Of a stretch of DNA of 64,000 nt, positions 18,710 through 26,027 are shown piece by piece. Where the stretch lies: the NCBI GenBank assembly GCA_016207605.1, contig JACQPJ010000036.1, positions 1,486 through 65,485 on the forward strand, given 5' to 3'. The translations under genes and the position numbers were made by a program. The notes under the pieces were generated by a model, which saw only the letters and a program-made list of their open reading frames with translations, searched no databases and had not been told where the DNA came from. Origin of the DNA: Elusimicrobiota bacterium. GTDB lineage: Bacteria > Elusimicrobiota > Elusimicrobia > UBA1565 > UBA9628. Position 1 is the stretch's first letter, and each line of letters starts with the position of its first letter.

Positions 18710-21700
18710 TCATGAGCGCTGCCGGGAATCCAAAGGCACCCAAACGGGCGGCTCCGGCGGGCGTCCGTTGCCGGACGCTCGCGCTTGCCCGCGGCGAGCC
18801 TTCAATCCCATCCAGTAGGGCGCGACGTACCGCTCGAACGCGCCGATGATCAGCGCAACGGCGTAGACCCCGGCAAACCACGCCAGCACGGGCAGAAAAT
18901 TCTCCGGCGTAAGATGTCCCAGGAGCGTCTCCTGATCCTCCGGCGCCTGAAATGGCTTGCCGTAAAGAATCCCATAAAGGAGGAAGCTGACCAAGGGAAG
19001 CTGGAACATCAGCAGAGCGGAGTGAAAAATCGTGACGCTGGCGGAGGCGTCCCGGCCATTTTCGTCCGTGCTTTGCGTCCGCAGGGCCCGAAGCATGAGG
19101 TTGTTGAGGCCGAGGTCGGTGGCTGTGCCGTAGTAGAAGTACATGAAGCAGCCCGCGGCCGCGGCGAGCAGCCCCAGCACGGGATGGCCGAACGCGATGA
19201 GCCCGAGGGCGGCCGGCAGGAACCCCATCCAAGTCACGGCCTGAAATGCGAAGGAAAAGAACGGCTTATAGTAGTCGTCCCAGAGCCGTTCTTCAGGAAC
19301 GGCACCCGTGGGGCCCCGCCAGCCGACGATGGAGCTCGGCGCCAGCTTCTGACAGAATGCGCATAATTGATAAGCCCAAAATCGCCTGTCCCGCCAGCTC
19401 TGGCCGGGGGGCGGCAAAGGCTGAATCCCCAAACTCATGATCATGGCGCCAAGAAAACCGACGCCCCCAATGGCGCCCCCGAAGACGGAGCACCACAGCA
19501 TGGCGTGCCCGGGATGCAAGGAGGCCGCCGCCGCGTAGGCGATCGTCGGCACGAGCACGACGATGAGGGCGACCTGAACGTTTTTATAGGCAATGTTGGC
19601 AAAGACCCTGACTTTTAGAATCTTGCTTCTCCATGTGGCGACGGCGCCGTGCACCGCGGCGTTCAAGCGTCGTCCCAAAGGCTCCCGGTTGCCCATGTCG
19701 GGCTTGACGCGCAAATCCCGCGAGCGGACATACATCATCCACGTGGTGATGACGAACGCCGCGGCGATTCCCAGCGTGATCAGGGGCCCCAGAACGGCGT
19801 TCAGCTGAGGGTAGCCCTTCACGAGCAGGACGAGCGGAAGGCTGAGAAACCAGCGGCCAAAAACCTGCCCGATGGCCTGCGTGGCCTGGAGACGCACGTT
19901 GGGGGCGCTCTGGTCGGCCTCGTCCAGCGGCAGGTGGAACTGGATGGAGCTCTGCACCCAAAGCGCCTGGTTATAGGAAATCATGGCGCCCGGAGTGACG
20001 ATGAGCCCATCCAAAAAGGCCAAGACGAGGATCGGATTGTAGAGATATCCATACCAGGCGACGGGCGGCTCGATCAAGCCGGGCAGGCAGAAGGCCACGA
20101 CCGCCATCACGCTCCAGCAGGCGGCACGTCCCGCCGAACTCAGCCACAAAAGCGTCTGAATCCGCACCAGGGACAGAACAGGGCCGCTCAACAGCGCGCC
20201 GATGCTGCAGCCCAGAAAACTGTAGGCCCAATAGAAGTTCGTCTGCAGCGTCGGCCCGCCCAGAGCCAGCATGCCGTAAATCATCATCGCCTGAACGACG
20301 ACGAAGCCCAGGCTGCGCCACCACTCCATCTTTTCGAGGATCGGGTAGACCTCGCGGGCCAACTGCAGGCTCGCTTCATAGCGCAGCTTGAACGCGTCCA
20401 GATGGAAGATCGGAAGGAAGGGCCGCTCCTGCGTGACGACCGGCTCCTTGCCGCCCGGGGGTCTGATCGTCAAGGCAACGGGCCCCACCGCGTCCATCCG
20501 ACGCGACGCGGCCTCGACATCCGGGGCCTCCACGCGCAGGGTGGCGACGACGTCGGACGGCTGGACCGCGTCGCCGGCCCTCTTGAGCAGGCGCGCGGTC
20601 CCGTCTGCGACGAGACGCTCCAAGCCCGCGATGCTTTCCACGAACCCGGCGCTTGGGGCGACGAGGGACCATAGCCCGACCACGGAGTCCCGTTTGGACG
20701 CCTTGGCCGGGGCGACTCCGAAGAGAGAGAGTATCTCGTCGCTGACCGAAGGAACCTCGTCGCGCCGGCGGAAGCCGGGGTCCCGGCGGCCCTCGTCCAC
20801 GGCAAGACCGGACGGCTTGGGACCCAGGCCCGTGACCGAAATGTTCACCCGATACGTCCCGGACCAGATCCCGGCAGCCTCCAGCGCCGCCAGCCCGACG
20901 GCGACGAGCTTGTCAATGTGAGCTTTCTGCTCCAGGTTCTGCCGGGCGAACTCCTCCCGCTGCGCCTCGGTCTGTTCAGGAAAGGGCGGGAATTCCCTGG
21001 CCGCGGAGGACGGCATCTGCGACGGGGAAACCGCCGCGGAGCGGTCATCGCTCACGTCCCCGTGGGAGAGAGACGCCACCTGAAGCTTGCCCCCGATGGT
21101 CTGCACGCCGAGATAGAGATCCACCTGGGGCCCATCGTCGCGTCCCGACCTCACCAGATAGATTTCGCCCGCGGGCACCCCGCGGCCGCGAAGGGTCCGC
21201 CACGCCGCGACGGCCTCCAGGCCATCCCGCGCGTCTATGCCGGGCTCGGAGCCGCGGCGGGAATGCAGGGTGACCATCCCGTTGACCTCGTCATAGGCCC
21301 GCGCCACGTCCGCCTCACGAAGCAGGTGGTCGCGGAACGTCATGCTGAGTTCGCGCACCGGGGACAATGCCCTCAGCATCTGCAGCGGATCGGCGACGGC
21401 CTCAACGGCTCGGCTGGAGTTGCCGAGCACGCCGCGACCGCGGCTGAGTCCGCGAAGATGATCAACGACCGCTCCGCCAAGCTCCTGGAAGCCGGGCGCC
21501 GGCCACACCGCGACGGGGCCCGGCGCGCGCGCCGCGGCCCGGGAGACCGACTCAACGGCGTCGGCGACGCCCCGCGCTTCCCGCGCTTCGACCGGCGCCT
21601 CAATGAACTGTTCTGGGCCAAGCAAGTCCCGGTACCGCGCCCCTCGGACCGCGGTGTCCGCGAATTTGACCGTCAATCCGCGCTCGCGCGAAAGCGCCAA

Positions 21701-22408
21701 AATCTCCTGGACCTCATGCCGCCGCGCTCCCAGAACGATCAAAAGACTGCCCCGAAGAGGCTCCGACGTCCCCAGGGAATACGCCCCCGCCGGCATATCC
21801 CTGGGGAGGGACGCCTCCTGGACAGCCCCGGCGTCCGCGCCGACAAGGACGTCCCGCGATTCTAAAACCTGACCATCGAACGCGCCTCCCGTCCGACCCG
21901 GACTCGAACGAACTCCCGCATGGCCGCGGACGGCGCGAACGCCTTGCCGGACCGCGGCCGCCAACGCCGCGCCGGCCCGGCCGACGGCGCCGACCGCCAA
22001 CCCTGCCCAGGACGCTGAAGGTGCGGGCTTCGCGATCAGGCGGCGGGGAGGAGAAGAGTTTGACGCAGCAATCCGACTCCCCGCGTCCTGTCCCCACGCC
22101 GACGCGTGCGCCGCCAAGCCGGGCGCCGCCGGAGCGAGGGCGACCTCTTCGGGAGGGACGCTAGACGCGCCGGCCGACGCATCGCCTCCGCCGGGAAAGC
22201 CTGCCAGCCCGGACCACGGCTCCAACATTCCTCCCGCCGCCGCGAGCGGAGCAAGGGGCGGACGGACCTCGGTTGCCGCGATCGGCTGCATAGACGCCAT
22301 TGCGTGGTAGCAGGGCAGGCCCGGGGAAAATGCGACAAGGATGGCGGCCAGCATCGACGCGGTCAGACGCCTAAGGACCATCCAGGCCCGCCTCACGCAT
22401 TGTGTCAC
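18710..22408 (-). CDS. fusion protein: signal-like N-terminus, low-complexity linker, ATP-grasp-like (possibly degenerate) domain, and a C-terminal polytopic membrane domain of about 550 aa
   Basis: 1232 aa. The GTG start overlaps the upstream stop (GTGA). The N-terminus RRLTASMLAAILVAFSPGLPCYHAMA is paralogous to the 22405..25938 protein. The central layout (LLIVLGARRHE..GLTVKF.., ..NGMVTLHSRRGSEPG..) mirrors the pre-domain and central domain of the 664-aa ATP-grasp but lacks a clear KP..GGS..G motif. At least 10 hydrophobic helices follow from about aa 690 to the end. Confidence 0.6.
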   Translation of the reverse strand: MTQCVRRAWMVLRRLTASMLAAILVAFSPGLPCYHAMASMQPIAATEVRPPLAPLAAAGGMLEPWSGLAGFPGGGDASAGASSVPPEEVALAPAAPGLAAHASAWGQDAGSRIAASNSSPPRRLIAKPAPSASWAGLAVGAVGRAGAALAAAVRQGVRAVRGHAGVRSSPGRTGGAFDGQVLESRDVLVGADAGAVQEASLPRDMPAGAYSLGTSEPLRGSLLIVLGARRHEVQEILALSRERGLTVKFADTAVRGARYRDLLGPEQFIEAPVEAREARGVADAVESVSRAAARAPGPVAVWPAPGFQELGGAVVDHLRGLSRGRGVLGNSSRAVEAVADPLQMLRALSPVRELSMTFRDHLLREADVARAYDEVNGMVTLHSRRGSEPGIDARDGLEAVAAWRTLRGRGVPAGEIYLVRSGRDDGPQVDLYLGVQTIGGKLQVASLSHGDVSDDRSAAVSPSQMPSSAAREFPPFPEQTEAQREEFARQNLEQKAHIDKLVAVGLAALEAAGIWSGTYRVNISVTGLGPKPSGLAVDEGRRDPGFRRRDEVPSVSDEILSLFGVAPAKASKRDSVVGLWSLVAPSAGFVESIAGLERLVADGTARLLKRAGDAVQPSDVVATLRVEAPDVEAASRRMDAVGPVALTIRPPGGKEPVVTQERPFLPIFHLDAFKLRYEASLQLAREVYPILEKMEWWRSLGFVVVQAMMIYGMLALGGPTLQTNFYWAYSFLGCSIGALLSGPVLSLVRIQTLLWLSSAGRAACWSVMAVVAFCLPGLIEPPVAWYGYLYNPILVLAFLDGLIVTPGAMISYNQALWVQSSIQFHLPLDEADQSAPNVRLQATQAIGQVFGRWFLSLPLVLLVKGYPQLNAVLGPLITLGIAAAFVITTWMMYVRSRDLRVKPDMGNREPLGRRLNAAVHGAVATWRSKILKVRVFANIAYKNVQVALIVVLVPTIAYAAAASLHPGHAMLWCSVFGGAIGGVGFLGAMIMSLGIQPLPPPGQSWRDRRFWAYQLCAFCQKLAPSSIVGWRGPTGAVPEERLWDDYYKPFFSFAFQAVTWMGFLPAALGLIAFGHPVLGLLAAAAGCFMYFYYGTATDLGLNNLMLRALRTQSTDENGRDASASVTIFHSALLMFQLPLVSFLLYGILYGKPFQAPEDQETLLGHLTPENFLPVLAWFAGVYAVALIIGAFERYVAPYWMGLKARRGQARASGNGRPPEPPVWVPLDSRQRS

Positions 22409-25400
22409 GGGGCCTTAGGGGCCTTAAGGTCTTTTGCGGCCGCGAGCTCTTCGGGCGTGAAGAGCCAGCCCGGACCATAGATGACGACAACCGCCCCCAC
22501 GAGGACGCACCAGAGGGGAACCAAATTCATCGCGACCGGAACGGCCAGGGACAGGAAAACCGCCTGGGCCGCGCCCGTCACCAGCATCTCCACGGAACCC
22601 TGGATCGCGAACAGCCTTTCCCGGGCGTCCCTTCCCGCGGCGTCATATCCTTGCTGCTGAATCGTGGTCAGCGTCCAGGTGCTGAATCCCACCCGAGGTG
22701 CGATGAAATACATGTGGAACAGAAAGGACCCCAACGCGGCGAGAAGCACGCCGGGCCAAAAGGCATGGGAAACGACCGCCGCGCCAAGGGGAACCAGCAG
22801 CACGGGCAAGGTAGACCAGAACTGCACCTTAAAGAAAGGGCCATACTTGGCGTAACTTTCTTTTGCGTTTTTAGGCGGTTGCCAATCATGCAGGCTCGAG
22901 GGGGTCATGCGCCGCGCCCAGCCCAGCAGGACCGACAAAAAGCGCTCGATGGGGCGGCCGAGCCGCTTCGTGGCGGTCCAGCCGCGAAACGCGCTCAGCA
23001 TGGCTAAGGCGCCCAGCATGCCGACGCTCGTCAAAGCGACGGAGGAAAAGACGCCCCAGGCCTGGGATATCTTGTCGTCGCCGGACACGAGGTAGTGAAG
23101 GCCGAAATACAAAAGCACGACGCTGGGCACGCCCTCGTAGATGGTGCGGTCGCTGGAATTCATCCCGAAGCGCTTGTAAAAAAAAGCTTTTTCGAGCGCC
23201 AAGACGCCAGCCGCCCAGAATTCGGCAAGCACTGAGCCGATGCGGACCGGTTCCGGGTTGCCCATATCCTCGTTTTTAGGCATCGCACGAAGGTAGAAAG
23301 GTAGGCCGATCACGCCCAGCGCGAGACAGGCCGCGGCCATCGCCAAGGCTAAGGCGACGGCCGCCGACCCGGAAGCGCCCGTCGCCAGCAGAACGGCTCC
23401 AAAGGACAGGGCAAGAGGGCTGACGAGACGCAGTCCCGCGCTCCAAGTCTGACGGAACACGCCCCAATCCTTGAAATCGTCTTTATCCACGGGGAAATGG
23501 TGGCGCCGGGCAAGGGCGCCGATCCCGCCCTCGTCGCTGTCTAGGAGACACGCGAACGCGGTGACGACTCCCTGCAGGAACGTGAGGGCGAAATAGGCCG
23601 TGTCAAACGCCGGGCCGCCAAGCAGGAGAGCGGCGGCGGGAACGCCCAACGTCCAGATCAGCGTCGTCGCCGCCATCCCGCCGGGGATGACGGCCCTCAG
23701 GCGCAGGCGTGCGAGTATGGGCGCGGCGATCAGGACCACCAAGGCCACGGGCAGGATATAGCCCCACGTGGCGGTGGCCGCGGTCCAAGCGCCGCCCTTC
23801 ACCAAGCCGAGAGGAATCAAAAAAGAGGACCGGACGATCAACTGCGCGAGGCCGGCGATCTGGCCGCGCATGTAGCCTTGCAGGATATGTTTGCCCCGCA
23901 GAGCCGCCGTCTCGCGGACTTCCTGGTGCGCTTTTTCCACATCCACCCGCGCGCCCGCGCGGTCGTCGCCCGGCCGGCGGACCACCTCTCCCTGCGCGGT
24001 TCGAACGTCCACGAAGATACTCGACATAAACTCCCTGGCGCGCTGATCAACCTGCGCGGGACTGTCTCCGTCCCTGGCGCGGATGGCGATGCGGGCGATG
24101 ACGTCGGCGGGGCCGAGAGAATCCCCCGGTCGTTTGAGCGGCAGAAACCGGACGGTCGGATCAGCCGAAAACGGCGCCACAATGCCGACCAGCGTGCCGG
24201 CAACCTCCGCGACCAGCTCTCGGGATTGAGCCTCCTGCGGGCGGCCCAGCCCCGGCGCCACGGCCGCGCCCAAAAGGGAGAAAAGCTGCGCCTCGACCAG
24301 CGCGGCGCCTTCGGCGGCGTGCAGGACGGAACCCCAAACGCCGCGCGAGACGTCCTCGATCCGGGGGCCCTCCGAAGTCCATGCCAGAACCGCGCTCACC
24401 GCGCCGGATCGGACGCCGAGCTTTTTCGCCGCCCGAAGGAGCGCGCCAACGAACTCATCGTCGCCGGGCCGCGAGGCAAGGACCGCGCCGTTTCGCGTCA
24501 GGCGGTCTGAAACGGCCGCTCGAACCGCTCGCAATTCCAGTCCCTCTTCGCCAAGGACCTCCTCAACGATGAGGTCCACCTGGCGCCGGGGGCCTTCCCA
24601 CTCGCGGTCCATCATGACGCCCTCGGGGTCAACGCGGGCGACCTGCCGCCATGCCTCGGCCGCCTCCTGTTCGCTGGAGGCGCGACGCTCAATGCCCTTC
24701 ACGCGCCGCGACCAAACGCGCGCCGCGACCATGGGTCCGCCGCCCATGTCGCGGAACGCCTTGACGGCGGCCTCAGGACTCGGCAGGTCGCTGCGCACCG
24801 TCGTCGCCTGCTCCGGGTCGCGCTTGAGGCTCTCACGCATCCCCGCGCGCTGCAAGCGGCGCACAGTCTCCAGCGAGTCGCCGAGCACGCGGGGACCGCC
24901 GCCTTGGTTGAGACGGTCTACGATGCGCCCCGCAAGCTCCTCGAAACCCTCCGCCGGCTGTACGGCGGCGAAAGGACGGCGTGCATGGCGACGGGCGATC
25001 TCCTCAAGAACGGCATCCGCCTGTTCCGGGGTCAAGCTGTCCGCGGACGCCGGCATGGCAGGCAGGACGCGTACTTTCCCATCGAGATCGCCGAGTCGGG
25101 ACCATTCGCTCCCATCCTCCAGCACATGAACCTTAACGCCATGCGCTTGGGCGACCCTCGCCCAAGTCCTGGCATACTCAGACCCGTTGGACCCGACCAA
25201 GAGGACGGCCCTGCCGCGGAGGGACGCGGAATCGCGCTTCGCCGGCCGCGCGGCGGCAGGAACGGCCGCGTCCTGCGCGGCCGGCGCGAGCCCCAAGCTG
25301 ACGCGCCCATCGTTGGCGCGCCCGGGCTCGCGCTCCTCCTCCTCCCCGAGGACGTCAGGGCTGTCGGCGCCTGAACGTTTCGCATCTCCCGGCGCCGCCG

Positions 25401-25938
25401 CCTGTCCGTCAAAACGAAGTCTGCCGGGATCGCGGAACCGGGCGCCGCGTTTGTCCTGGGCGTTAGAGACCCCGGAGAGCTCCTGGACTTGGGCCAGCCC
25501 GCCCGTGATGGATGGCTGCTCGGCCCGAGATCGAGGAGACGCGGTCCAATGCGCCGCTTGCGGCGCGCGGGCATGAGCGAGAAAGGCCGGGCGCGCAACG
25601 GTATGAACGGCAGCGCGCCGCAGCAAGCCGGCCGCATCCGCCGTGCCGTTGGCGGACAACTCGAAGACGCCGAAGGAATAGGCGCCGAAAAGCCCCGAAA
25701 AGCCGGCTTCCCCGGCGAAGGCGTCCGCCGCTGCCGGCGGAGTCAAGGCGACGTCGAGCCGGGGAAGAGATAAAACGACCGGGGCGGACGCCTCCCCCTG
25801 GGCCATGGCCTGGTAGCAGGGCAGGCCCGGGGACAGGACGACCAGGGACGCGGCGACAAGCGCGGCCGTCAACCGCTTAAAAACGCCCCGCTGGAAATTG
25901 ACCTGGATCATTTGATTGTAGTCAATTTTATTCAGCAA
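22405..25938 (-). CDS. paralog of 18710..22408: signal-like N-terminus, linker, ATP-grasp-like domain and C-terminal polytopic membrane domain
   Basis: 1177 aa. N-terminus: FKRLTAALVAASLVVLSPGLPCYQAMA. Central region: AVLLVGSNGSEY..GVKVHVLED, GGGPMVAARVWSRRVKGIERRASSEQEA. Multiple TM helices follow from about aa 700. The start is uncertain: TTG at 25938 or ATG at about 25911, and the palindromic motif overlaps the latter. Confidence 0.6.
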   Translation of the reverse strand: MLNKIDYNQMIQVNFQRGVFKRLTAALVAASLVVLSPGLPCYQAMAQGEASAPVVLSLPRLDVALTPPAAADAFAGEAGFSGLFGAYSFGVFELSANGTADAAGLLRRAAVHTVARPAFLAHARAPQAAHWTASPRSRAEQPSITGGLAQVQELSGVSNAQDKRGARFRDPGRLRFDGQAAAPGDAKRSGADSPDVLGEEEEREPGRANDGRVSLGLAPAAQDAAVPAAARPAKRDSASLRGRAVLLVGSNGSEYARTWARVAQAHGVKVHVLEDGSEWSRLGDLDGKVRVLPAMPASADSLTPEQADAVLEEIARRHARRPFAAVQPAEGFEELAGRIVDRLNQGGGPRVLGDSLETVRRLQRAGMRESLKRDPEQATTVRSDLPSPEAAVKAFRDMGGGPMVAARVWSRRVKGIERRASSEQEAAEAWRQVARVDPEGVMMDREWEGPRRQVDLIVEEVLGEEGLELRAVRAAVSDRLTRNGAVLASRPGDDEFVGALLRAAKKLGVRSGAVSAVLAWTSEGPRIEDVSRGVWGSVLHAAEGAALVEAQLFSLLGAAVAPGLGRPQEAQSRELVAEVAGTLVGIVAPFSADPTVRFLPLKRPGDSLGPADVIARIAIRARDGDSPAQVDQRAREFMSSIFVDVRTAQGEVVRRPGDDRAGARVDVEKAHQEVRETAALRGKHILQGYMRGQIAGLAQLIVRSSFLIPLGLVKGGAWTAATATWGYILPVALVVLIAAPILARLRLRAVIPGGMAATTLIWTLGVPAAALLLGGPAFDTAYFALTFLQGVVTAFACLLDSDEGGIGALARRHHFPVDKDDFKDWGVFRQTWSAGLRLVSPLALSFGAVLLATGASGSAAVALALAMAAACLALGVIGLPFYLRAMPKNEDMGNPEPVRIGSVLAEFWAAGVLALEKAFFYKRFGMNSSDRTIYEGVPSVVLLYFGLHYLVSGDDKISQAWGVFSSVALTSVGMLGALAMLSAFRGWTATKRLGRPIERFLSVLLGWARRMTPSSLHDWQPPKNAKESYAKYGPFFKVQFWSTLPVLLVPLGAAVVSHAFWPGVLLAALGSFLFHMYFIAPRVGFSTWTLTTIQQQGYDAAGRDARERLFAIQGSVEMLVTGAAQAVFLSLAVPVAMNLVPLWCVLVGAVVVIYGPGWLFTPEELAAAKDLKAPKAP

Positions 25939-25993
25939 ACACGGAAAATCACAGGGTCTTAAGACCTATTCCTTACGGACCAATGGACCTAGG
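25898..25993 (-). promoter_or_regulatory. shared cis-module upstream of and overlapping the start of gene 22405..25938
   Basis: In gene orientation it holds CTAGGTCCATTGGTCC (about 25977-25993), the perfect palindrome GGTCTTAAGACC (about 25955-25966), TTGACTACAATCAA (25912-25925) and TGATCCAGGTCAA (25898-25910). All were read directly; coordinates are +/-1 nt. Confidence 0.45.
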
Positions 25994-26027
25994 TTTTTCT
26001 GGGCCCTGGGGACCTGCCGCTGTTGCC

